Part shown: positions 24,070-32,000 of the stretch, piece by piece
Layout of the letters: the number at the start of each line of letters is the position of its first letter
Numbering within the stretch: the first letter of the stretch is position 1
Assembly: GCF_900105015.1 (NCBI RefSeq)
Contig: NZ_FNLK01000012.1
Span: 180,001 to 212,000 of the forward strand
Source: Schaalia meyeri
GTDB lineage: Bacteria > Actinomycetota > Actinomycetes > Actinomycetales > Actinomycetaceae
Direction: 5' to 3'
DNA: 32,000 nt
The notes under the pieces: model-generated
Seen by the model: only the letters and a program-made list of their open reading frames with translations
The model's database searches: none
What the model was told of the DNA's origin: nothing
Translations under genes and position numbers: made by a program

Positions 24070-24885
24070 ATGAGAATCGCGACCTGGAACGTCAACTCCA
24101 TCCGCACGCGCATAGACCGCGTCCAAGCCTTCCTCGAGCGCTCACACACGGACGTGCTGGCCATGCAGGAGATCAAGTGCAGGCCAGAACAGTTCCCCAC
24201 CACGCCCTTCGAGCAGGCCGGATACCACGTGGCGATCCACGGGCAGGGCCAGTGGAACGGGGTCGCCGTCGCCTCGCGCCTGCCTATCACCGACATACAG
24301 GACCACTTTCCCACCCAGCCCGGTTTTGGAACACCGCCCACGGTCGAGGCACGCGCGCTCGGCGTCACCATCGACACGTCCGACGCGCTCCTACCGAAGG
24401 AGGGAGAGGCCTCGTCCCTGACAGTCTGGAGCCTGTACGTACCTAACGGGCGCGAGCTCACCCATCCGCACTACGCATACAAGCTGGACTGGCTCGCCAA
24501 GCTCGCCGAGCAGGGACGCTCCTGGCTGAGTGACCCAGGCGCCCGGATCGCGCTCGTCGGAGACTGGAACGTCGCCCCGAACGACGAGGACGTGTGGGAC
24601 ATGGCCGCCTTCGAGGACTCGACCCACGTGTCCGCACCCGAACGCGAGGCATTCGCCGCCTTCGCGCGCGACGGCTGGATCGAAGTCACCCGGGACCGCG
24701 TGACGAACTACACCTACTGGGACTACCAGAAGCTACGCTTCCCCAGGAACCAGGGCATGCGTATCGACTTCGCGTACTGTTCGGCAGCGCTGGCGGCGCG
24801 GGTGACGAACGCCCAGATCGACCGCGACGAGCGCAAGGGGAAAGGCGCGTCCGACCACGTGCCCGTCATCATCGACGTCGCCTAG
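24070..24885 (+). CDS. xthA: Exodeoxyribonuclease III (AP endonuclease), 271 aa
   Basis: MRIATWNVNSIRTR...LAMQEIK...GDWNVAP...SDHVPV. Confidence 0.93.
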   Translation: MRIATWNVNSIRTRIDRVQAFLERSHTDVLAMQEIKCRPEQFPTTPFEQAGYHVAIHGQGQWNGVAVASRLPITDIQDHFPTQPGFGTPPTVEARALGVTIDTSDALLPKEGEASSLTVWSLYVPNGRELTHPHYAYKLDWLAKLAEQGRSWLSDPGARIALVGDWNVAPNDEDVWDMAAFEDSTHVSAPEREAFAAFARDGWIEVTRDRVTNYTYWDYQKLRFPRNQGMRIDFAYCSAALAARVTNAQIDRDERKGKGASDHVPVIIDVA

Positions 24886-24934
24886 AATCCTCAATGATCC
24901 CCGGGCCCCTCTCACCGGGTCGAAGGCCTCGGCT

Positions 24935-25738
24935 TCAGGCTCGCTGCCGCGCGAGTTTCACCAGCGCGGCATTGAGGGCAGGCCAGTTGTCGCGATGCCA
25001 CTGGCCGAACGGCCTGGCGCCCACAAAGCAAGCGCTCGCCCCCAGGTCACGGTCGGCCCACACGAAAGAACCCGACTGCCCGAAGTGCCCGATCGTGCGC
25101 GGGGAGGCGTCGGGCGCAGTCCAGTGCGGCGACTTATCGCCCCGAATCTCCAGGCCGAGGCCCCACGGACACGGCGCGTGGCGCCCGTATCCGGGCACGA
25201 CCCCGGCCAGCGCGGGGAACTGCGACGTCGCCGCCAGCGCGGCCAGTGGCTCGCTGATCAGGCTTGGGCATGCAAGCTCCGCCCCGAAGAGGCTGAGATC
25301 GGCGGCGCTGGCGATTCCGGCGTGGGCGGGGCTGCCGGGGATGTCGGCCGAATCCATGCCCAGGGGCTCGAAGACGGTGTTTCGCACCCAGTCCGCGACA
25401 CCGACACCCGTCGCCGCCGCGACGGCCTCGCCCAGCACGTCGTAGCCCTCGTTGGAGTAGATTCGCCGCTTCAGCGGAGCCGCCACCGCCCGACGTCCCT
25501 CAAAGGGCAGGCCCGAGGCGTGAGACAGCAGGTGACGCACCGTCGCTCCCGGCACTCCGACGGGATCATCCAGCGTAATCAGGCCGCGCTCAACGGCTAT
25601 CAGCACCGACCACGCAACGATCGGCTTGGTCACTGACGCCAGCGGGAACACCCGCCCGCTATCGCCGTACGAATAGACGATGTCGCCCCCGACGCGAAGG
25701 ACGAGGGCGACATCGAAAGACGGCAGGGGTGCGATCAC
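24935..25738 (-). CDS. Serine hydrolase, beta-lactamase-fold family, 267 aa
   Basis: S-x-x-K motif in FPLASVTKPIVAWS, with a YSNEGY-type second motif. The start overlaps the TetR stop by 4 nt. Confidence 0.82.
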   Translation of the reverse strand: MIAPLPSFDVALVLRVGGDIVYSYGDSGRVFPLASVTKPIVAWSVLIAVERGLITLDDPVGVPGATVRHLLSHASGLPFEGRRAVAAPLKRRIYSNEGYDVLGEAVAAATGVGVADWVRNTVFEPLGMDSADIPGSPAHAGIASAADLSLFGAELACPSLISEPLAALAATSQFPALAGVVPGYGRHAPCPWGLGLEIRGDKSPHWTAPDASPRTIGHFGQSGSFVWADRDLGASACFVGARPFGQWHRDNWPALNAALVKLARQRA

Positions 25739-26511
25739 GCGGTAGCCTCCGGGGCTGCCGCTTCGACGGCGGCGGTCTTCTCGCTGATCTTACGCAGCGT
25801 TCGCGCGTAGACCTCGGCGACCTCCTCAGGAACGGCCGCGCCGAGCTGCAGCACGTAGTGTGCGGGCAGGTGCAGGAGCTGCACGCACACGGCCAGGAAG
25901 TCAGCGACGAATTCGCGGGCGTCGATCGGCTCGTCGTTATAGCGCGCCGAGACGACCGATCCGTACCAGTAGCGGATCAGTATCTTCGCGAGAGTACGGG
26001 GGGTGGTGCCGATATCGGTTCCCTCCTCCTCGACGAAGTTCTGAATCATGACGGCGAGGGCTTCCTCCATCTGCTGCGTGCGGTACTTGTAGTGGGTGTG
26101 TGCGGGGTGCGCCTCGGAGGAGGCCTCGGCCCACAAAACACAGTCCAGGGCGATGGCGGCGTCCGCGCCGGGCTTCATGGCGAAACGCATCTCGCCGACC
26201 GCCCAGTCAACAAAAGAGCCTGCGGTAATTCCGCCTTCGTCAAAGCCACCTTCCGTTTCGTCGTTAATGGTGACGTCGAAGAGGGCGTTCATCTCCTCGT
26301 GACGCTGAATCGCGCTGCGCAGGATCGCTTCCTTTGAGGGGAAGTGATAGACGACGGCGGGGTGCGAAATACCGACTCGACGACCGAGGTCACGCAGAGA
26401 GAAACCGTTATAGCCTCGCTCTGCAATCAGGACCATAGCTGCCGAGAGGATGGATTCGCGCGTCGCCTGCCCGACGGAGTAAGCGCCACGGGCCTTCCTC
26501 TGGGTTGTCAT
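25735..26511 (-). CDS. TetR/AcrR family transcriptional regulator, 258 aa
   Basis: The N-terminal HTH reads ILSAAMVLIAERGYNGFSLRDLGRRVGISHPAVVYHFPSKEAIL. I choose ATG 26511 (AGGAG 6 nt upstream) within ORF 25735..26604. Confidence 0.88.
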   Translation of the reverse strand: MTTQRKARGAYSVGQATRESILSAAMVLIAERGYNGFSLRDLGRRVGISHPAVVYHFPSKEAILRSAIQRHEEMNALFDVTINDETEGGFDEGGITAGSFVDWAVGEMRFAMKPGADAAIALDCVLWAEASSEAHPAHTHYKYRTQQMEEALAVMIQNFVEEEGTDIGTTPRTLAKILIRYWYGSVVSARYNDEPIDAREFVADFLAVCVQLLHLPAHYVLQLGAAVPEEVAEVYARTLRKISEKTAAVEAAAPEATA

Positions 26512-26587
26512 ACTCATCTCCTGCTGTCGCGGACGCCGCATTACGAGGGTCCGAAATACAAACTGGTTGTCAGTGTAGCGCGCTATC

Positions 26588-29200
26588 TCAGGGATTATCA
26601 ACATTCATGACAAGCCCGTCAATGGAATTGTCGATGTCAGCAGTCACATTCTGACCATCTTGCACGTCGCCGCTCAGCAGCAACTTTGCCAATCGATCCC
26701 CTATCTCACGCTGAATCAAGCGTCGCAACGGACGCGCCCCAAACGCGGGATCAAAGCCCACGCGAGCCAGCCAACTGCGCGCAGATTCACTCACTGTCAA
26801 GCCAATACGGCGGTCGCGCAAACGGTCTTGCATCGAGCACACCAGCAGATCCACGATTTCGGCCAGGTTTTCGGGAGTAAGTGTGTCAAATACGACAGTC
26901 TCATCCAATCGGTTAAGAAACTCCGGGCGAAAACTTGCGCGAACGACAGACATGACGGCCTCCCGTTTGCCATCGGGTGTCAAATCCGGATCCGCCAGGA
27001 ACTGAGACCCCAGGTTCGACGTGAGGATCAAGATGGTGTGACGGAAGTCCACCGTCCGCCCCTGGCCGTCGGTGAGACGCCCGTCATCAAGAACCTGCAA
27101 GAGAATGTCGAAGATCTCAGGATCGGCCTTTTCAACTTCGTCCAAGAGGACCACCGAATACGGCCGACGGCGCACAGCTTCGGTCAGTTGACCGCCCTGT
27201 TCGTAGCCGACGTACCCCGGAGGGGCGCCGACCAGTCGAGCGACCGAGTGCTTCTCCGAGTACTCGGACATGTCGATGCGAACCATGGCCCGCTCATCAT
27301 CAAAAAGAAACTCCGCCAGCGACTTGGCCAGCTCGGTCTTTCCGACGCCCGTGGGCCCCAGGAACAGGAAGGAACCGGTGGGACGGTTCGGGTCGGACAA
27401 CCCCGCGCGCGAACGGCGCACCGCGTCGGAGACCGCACGAACGGCGTCCGCCTGACCAATCAGGCGCTTGCCCAGCTCCGCCTCCATGTGTAAGAGCTTG
27501 TCGGTCTCGGTCTGCAGGAGCTTTCCCGTGGGGATACCCGTCCAGCCTTCGATCACCTCGGCGATCTCGGCGGGACCGACCTTTTCGGCGATCATGGGTT
27601 CCTGATCGCCGGGGGATTCCTGGGCCTTAGCCCGCGCCTCCTCTTCGGCGATTTGGCGTTCAACCGCTGGAATCTCGCCATTTTGCAGGCGACCGGCTTC
27701 CTCCCAGCGCCCCTCTCGCACCGCCAGCTCCAGCTGCGTGCGCATCGAGTCCAGCTGGGCGCGCAGGTCGCCCACGCGGTTATGCCCGGCCTTCTCGGCC
27801 TCCCAGCGCGCGGTCAGGGCGCGCAGCCGCTCCTCGCGATCCGCCAGGTCGGCGCGCAGCCTGCTCAAACGCTCCTGGGTGGCCGCGTCGTCCCCGTCGG
27901 GATCGGACTCGGCCAGGTAGGATTCCTCCATGCGCAGGCGATCCACGCTGCGGTGCAACTCGTCGATCTCGACCGGCGAGGAATCCAGCTCCATACGCAG
28001 GCGCGAGGCGGCCTCGTCGATCAGATCAATGGCCTTATCGGGCAGCTGACGGCCCGATATGTGCCGGTTCGACAGCGTTGCCGCGGCGACCAGCGCCCCG
28101 TCGGAGATGGTCACCTTATGGTGCGCCTCGTACTTCGGGGCGATGCCGCGCAGGATTGCGATCGTGTCCTCCACCGAGGGTTCGCCGACGAACACCTGCT
28201 GGAAACGGCGCTCAAGCGCGGGGTCCTTTTCGATGTTCTCGCGGTACTCGTCCAGCGTGGTCGCGCCGACCATGCGCAGCTCCCCGCGCGCCAGCATGGG
28301 TTTGAGCATGTTGCCCGCGTCCATGGCGCCTTCGGAGCCGCCGCCCGCTCCGACGACGGTGTGCAGCTCGTCGATGAAGGTGATGATCTGGCCATCGGAG
28401 CGAGCGATCTCGGCCAGGACTGCCTTGAGGCGCTCCTCGAACTCGCCGCGATACTTCGCGCCGGCGACCATTGAGGACACGTCCAGGGAAACCAGCCGCT
28501 TGTCGCGCAGGGACTCGGGGACATCCCCCGCGACGATGCGCTGAGCCAAGCCTTCGACGACGGCGGTCTTGCCGACGCCCGGCTCGCCGATCAGCACGGG
28601 GTTGTTCTTCGTGCGGCGCGAGAGGACCTGGATGACGCGCCGAATCTCATTATCGCGCCCGATGACGGGGTCGAGCTTGCCCTCGCGCGCGACCTCGGTG
28701 AGGTCGCGGCCGTACTTGGACAGGGCTTCAAAGGAGCCTTCGGGGTCCGCCGAGGTGATCGGGTCGGGGCGCAGCTGGGCGAGAGCCTGCGTCAGGGCCT
28801 CGGCTGTGGCCCCGCCCCGGGTGAGGACACGCCCCGCCTCGCTGTCCGAGGCCGCCAAGGCGATGAGCAGGTGCTCGGTGGACACGTACTGGTCCCCCGC
28901 TTTCTCGGCGCGCTCGCTGGCGTCCTGAACGACGGCAACCAGTGCTCGCGAGGGATGCGCCGCCCCCGCGGACACCCCCTGGGTTGAGGGCAGTGCCACG
29001 AGCGAGTTTCGGGTGTGCGCGCCGATTGCACGGGAGTCGGCTCCCACCGCTTCCAGAAGAGCCAGCGCGATGCCTTCGCTCTGTTCGATGAGCGCTTCGA
29101 GCAGGTGGATGGGCTCAACCTGCGGGTTCCCGGCCGCCGAAGCGGCCTGGAGCGCGGAGGCGACTGCCTCCTGCGCTTTCGTCGTCATCTCACGTGCCAT
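26588..29200 (-). CDS. clpB: ATP-dependent chaperone ClpB (Hsp100 disaggregase), 870 aa
   Basis: Two AAA+ modules (GEPGVGKTA...; [12 protein letters not shown]...), a long coiled-coil M-domain between them, and a Clp_N repeat at the N-terminus. SD GGAGGA is present. Confidence 0.97.
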   Translation of the reverse strand: MAREMTTKAQEAVASALQAASAAGNPQVEPIHLLEALIEQSEGIALALLEAVGADSRAIGAHTRNSLVALPSTQGVSAGAAHPSRALVAVVQDASERAEKAGDQYVSTEHLLIALAASDSEAGRVLTRGGATAEALTQALAQLRPDPITSADPEGSFEALSKYGRDLTEVAREGKLDPVIGRDNEIRRVIQVLSRRTKNNPVLIGEPGVGKTAVVEGLAQRIVAGDVPESLRDKRLVSLDVSSMVAGAKYRGEFEERLKAVLAEIARSDGQIITFIDELHTVVGAGGGSEGAMDAGNMLKPMLARGELRMVGATTLDEYRENIEKDPALERRFQQVFVGEPSVEDTIAILRGIAPKYEAHHKVTISDGALVAAATLSNRHISGRQLPDKAIDLIDEAASRLRMELDSSPVEIDELHRSVDRLRMEESYLAESDPDGDDAATQERLSRLRADLADREERLRALTARWEAEKAGHNRVGDLRAQLDSMRTQLELAVREGRWEEAGRLQNGEIPAVERQIAEEEARAKAQESPGDQEPMIAEKVGPAEIAEVIEGWTGIPTGKLLQTETDKLLHMEAELGKRLIGQADAVRAVSDAVRRSRAGLSDPNRPTGSFLFLGPTGVGKTELAKSLAEFLFDDERAMVRIDMSEYSEKHSVARLVGAPPGYVGYEQGGQLTEAVRRRPYSVVLLDEVEKADPEIFDILLQVLDDGRLTDGQGRTVDFRHTILILTSNLGSQFLADPDLTPDGKREAVMSVVRASFRPEFLNRLDETVVFDTLTPENLAEIVDLLVCSMQDRLRDRRIGLTVSESARSWLARVGFDPAFGARPLRRLIQREIGDRLAKLLLSGDVQDGQNVTADIDNSIDGLVMNVDNP

Positions 29201-29277
29201 GAGAATTGTTCCTCCAAATTGTTTGCACCGTTGCGTCGATGGTTCTCAACGCCTTGACTAGCACAACGAAAGCAAAG

Positions 29278-29296
29278 TTGAGTCTATTCCACTCAA
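29278..29296. promoter_or_regulatory. HAIR (HspR-associated inverted repeat) operator upstream of clpB
   Basis: TTGAGT-CTATTCC-ACTCAA; with flanks it matches the consensus CTTGAGT-N7-ACTCAAG at 12/14. It lies 78-96 nt upstream of the clpB ATG. Confidence 0.75.
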
Positions 29297-29321
29297 TGTT
29301 CTATGAGGTCGAGGAGACAGC

Positions 29322-29984
29322 TCAGTCTTCCGGAAGCCAGGTGGGTCCGTCGAAGCCGCGCTGATGCCCGCCCGACCCTCCCGGCCCCTCATCATCGTCG
29401 AGGCCGTAGCGCTCCGCGAGCGCCCGAAACAGCTGCAGAGTCGTGGCCAGCGCACACATCACCTGCTGCACCAGCTGCGCGTCCGTGGCACCGTACTCGT
29501 AGTCACCGTTCACCTCGGCCACAACGCGGTTGCCGTCAACCCGGTCGGCCGCATAGGATTTGGGCCAGAGGAATTCCCCGTGCCAGGCCTGCAGGAAATC
29601 GCGCAGGTCATCCCCGTACTCGGCGGGGACGAGCTGCTTCATGAAGGCAACGATCGAGAGGACCTCGCGCGAGTCCCCCAGGAAGCGGAAGCAAAACAGA
29701 TGTCCCTCCCACAGGCCGCACAGATCGCCGTCGCCATCAATGCGCCAGCTCCACCCTTCGGAATCAAAGAGGAGTCCCAGCCGCTCCTGCGTGATGGGAC
29801 GAACCATATCAAAGCGGTTCGCTTCGAACTCTGAATTACCCGTGGCAATTCCTTCCACCGTCGCTTCGTTGCCCCTCCCCCATTGTTCCACATCGGAGGC
29901 GGCATCGTGAGACGGAGTGTGGCCACGAGGCGTTTTTTCGCCGTCGTTTCCCCCGTCGGCGCCCTCCCGCCACAGCCAGCCCAT
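29322..29984 (-). CDS. YbjN-domain (type III secretion chaperone-like) cytoplasmic protein, ~220 aa
   Basis: The core ...ITQERLGLLFDSEGWSWRIDGDGDLCGLWEGHLFCFRFLGD...FLWPKSYA...EYGATDAQL... resembles the YbjN family as I recall it. The start is ATG 29984, preceded by GGAGAG, within ORF 29322..30053. Confidence 0.65.
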   Translation of the reverse strand: MGWLWREGADGGNDGEKTPRGHTPSHDAASDVEQWGRGNEATVEGIATGNSEFEANRFDMVRPITQERLGLLFDSEGWSWRIDGDGDLCGLWEGHLFCFRFLGDSREVLSIVAFMKQLVPAEYGDDLRDFLQAWHGEFLWPKSYAADRVDGNRVVAEVNGDYEYGATDAQLVQQVMCALATTLQLFRALAERYGLDDDEGPGGSGGHQRGFDGPTWLPED

Positions 29985-30336
29985 GACGACTCTCCTACTC
30001 GCGTTGATTATCCCTGACGCATCGCTGCGTCTGCCTCCGGGGTGGATCCACACAGGCCGCCACCGCCGTTAATCTGCGTATGCACACCCATTGGCCACCT
30101 CCTCTGCTCACCACGACGTGTCATCAGCATGTGTATCGATGGCTTTACAGTAGCGCAGAATCAGCGAAAAACCAACGCTTTGGGGCCATCTTGAGCACGC
30201 GCAGCACATGTGAGGAGCGGGGATGGAACCATCACTGCAGCTCACCCGGGGGACCCAACACAGCAATTACACTAATGTAATGTTGCTCACATTATGCTAC
30301 ATCTCTTGCGGGCTACCCATTTTTCGACTAGTGAAA

Positions 30337-31698
30337 TCAACCTTGCGTTTCGCCGCCATTCGGAATCCCCTGCGCGGCGGGCGCGGGCGGGACCATCGCG
30401 GACGGAGCGACCGGCATCGGCAGGGACGGCAGGGGCAGCGACCGCGCGCTGCGAGAGACCAATCCTCGCAGCGCCCGCTCAGCCGGACCGCGCGACGATC
30501 CCGCCGCCTCGGCCAGGACACACCCGATCCCGATAAACGCCCACACGCAAAGGGCGATCAAACCACCTACCGCGTCACCGACAACGCGCACGCCGAACAC
30601 TCCGAGCGCGCCAAACACGCCGGCAAAGAGAATCGTCTGCGACAGGTACGCGGTCATCGAACGCCGTCCGATGGCACTGAAGAAGGTACAGACCGTGCCG
30701 AGGTTCTCACGCGGGCCACCACCCACGAGCGCCAGGAGAGCCAGCCACCCGCACGCGCCCACGACACCGGAGGCGTGGAACAGCGGATTCGCCCAGGTCC
30801 CCGCCCCCACGAAACCCCAGCCCAACTGGCCGAGCGCATAGGGGAGGCCGCCGACAGCTCCCACGGCGAGGCCACCGACAGCGATGGCCCCGAGGAGCGC
30901 GCCGCGTCCGCGCGGATCCTGTAGGAGCCCCCATCGTGCGACGCCGACGCCGATCATGACGCAGGGGACCACGAGGGACAGCAGGGTCGTCACGGGAGTG
31001 ATGCCCGCCCACTCGCCGAGCGACATCAGCGGATAGGTCAACCGAAGCGTTCCCCGAGGGGCGGCGGCCAGCGCCATGGGGGCGCTCCCCACGACCATCG
31101 CGATCCCCCACATCGACCACAGGCTGAACGCCGTGAAGACGGCGGCGATAAGGCTCATCAGCCACGCGCGCGCGGAGACGATGACCTCGGCGAAGACGAC
31201 CGCGACCAGACCGTAGGAACCGATGATGTCGCCCGCGAACACGATTCCGTGCAGGGCTCCGAAGGCCAGCATCCACCAGCCGCGGCGGCGGATCAACCGT
31301 GAGGCGGCGCGGCGCGCCCGACGCTCCACTTCCTCATTGAAAATCTGCCACTGGACGGGTGCCCATCCGGCGCTGATCTCGGTCGGCAGGGCCTCCCTGG
31401 CCGCGCGTCGCTCTCGCTCAATGGTGCGGGCCGCCATGATCGCCATGCCGAATCCGAACAAAATCGAAAAGAGCGGGTAGGCGCGGCGATCGACGAAAAG
31501 GGTGCGCGCGACGAACCACCACTGGTCGGCGGCGCTCATAGCCTCCACCATCGCGGTGCCGTTCGCCGGGTAGTCCGGGAAGTACTTCAACCACCAGGGC
31601 ACGTTCGCCAGGGCGATCAGCGCCAGCATGAATCCGCGCGCAACGTCGGGAGAGGGAAAACGCAGCTGACGTTCTCCCGTGAAGGACAGGGTGGACAT
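30337..31698 (-). CDS. DUF418/YeiB-like polytopic membrane protein, 453 aa
   Basis: The N-terminal RFPSPDVARGFMLALIALANV motif is typical of the DUF418/acyltransferase-3-like YeiB family. There are ~10 hydrophobic helices and a basic P/A-rich tail. SD GAGAGGAA is present. Confidence 0.82.
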   Translation of the reverse strand: MSTLSFTGERQLRFPSPDVARGFMLALIALANVPWWLKYFPDYPANGTAMVEAMSAADQWWFVARTLFVDRRAYPLFSILFGFGMAIMAARTIERERRAAREALPTEISAGWAPVQWQIFNEEVERRARRAASRLIRRRGWWMLAFGALHGIVFAGDIIGSYGLVAVVFAEVIVSARAWLMSLIAAVFTAFSLWSMWGIAMVVGSAPMALAAAPRGTLRLTYPLMSLGEWAGITPVTTLLSLVVPCVMIGVGVARWGLLQDPRGRGALLGAIAVGGLAVGAVGGLPYALGQLGWGFVGAGTWANPLFHASGVVGACGWLALLALVGGGPRENLGTVCTFFSAIGRRSMTAYLSQTILFAGVFGALGVFGVRVVGDAVGGLIALCVWAFIGIGCVLAEAAGSSRGPAERALRGLVSRSARSLPLPSLPMPVAPSAMVPPAPAAQGIPNGGETQG

Positions 31699-31790
31699 GG
31701 GGTTCCTCTCGCGTCAATCCGTTGGCGTGACGCACGGCGAGAGGCGAGGCCGAACAAGCTCTCGCCCCTCGCCCCGCCAGGCCGCTTGCG

Positions 31791-31991
31791 TCAGCCGATG
31801 GCCGACATCATCGCCTGCTGCCGAATCGCGCGCCGCCTGCGATTAGCTCGCACAACCAAAACGATGCCGACGATCATCACAATGATGCCGCCCACGCCGA
31901 CAACCGTCGACCAGATAAGCGCGCTTCCCAACAACGACATCAGATCGCCGGCACCTATGTTCATGCCCGTCAAGTTAGATTTCTGGTCCAT
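31791..31991 (-). CDS. Possible small single-pass membrane protein, 66 aa
   Basis: A hydrophobic helix (ALIWSTVVGVGGIIVMIVGIVLVV) is followed by RANRRRRAIRQ. A hairpin (GGCGAGAG/CTCTCGCC, ~31737-31767) lies downstream. The upstream region is cut by the window edge, so the start and expression are unverified. Confidence 0.4.
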   Translation of the reverse strand: MDQKSNLTGMNIGAGDLMSLLGSALIWSTVVGVGGIIVMIVGIVLVVRANRRRRAIRQQAMMSAIG

Positions 31992-32000
31992 GCCATCGCA

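Overview
High-GC actinobacterial chromosomal core region; I cannot assign a genus from sequence alone. I can support 26 protein-coding genes and one tRNA-Thr(UGU). There is no rRNA, CRISPR array, transposase, integrase or recognisable defence-island gene. Gene content is mostly housekeeping: groEL (stand-alone, groEL2 type), ung, a DsbA-like oxidoreductase, a Ser/Thr kinase, an orphan MsiK-type ABC ATPase, DUF4032, a glycerophosphodiesterase, flotillin, class II fba, a TrmH-family methylase, a HAD-IIA hydrolase, a pyrE-like PRTase, an SDR, a large choice-of-anchor-M surface protein, xthA, a TetR plus serine-hydrolase pair, clpB, a YbjN-like protein and a DUF418 membrane protein. As I recall it, the fba...trmH...pyrE...clpB order resembles mycobacterial and corynebacterial synteny. 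Regulatory signals readable directly are two tandem CIRCE (HrcA) operators upstream of groEL, a HAIR (HspR) operator upstream of clpB, a near-consensus Fur-family 7-1-7 box on the surface-protein promoter, several GC-rich terminators, and seven genes with a TANNNT-N6/7-start-codon (leaderless) layout. I see no obvious multi-gene novel system. The most unexplained object is a perfectly mirror-symmetric array of six TGGATAGG boxes at 19-bp phasing (16487-16585). It lies inside a ~720-bp gene-free gap between two convergent, terminator-capped genes. Secondary oddities are a syntenic pyrE homologue whose catalytic-loop basic residues are replaced, a lower-GC membrane-anchored gene bracketed by short direct repeats next to an NfeD-less flotillin, an orphan singleton WXG100 gene behind a repeat-bracketed non-coding segment, and a kinase with a polytopic C-terminal domain. 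All family assignments come from motif recognition and memory; no searches were run.
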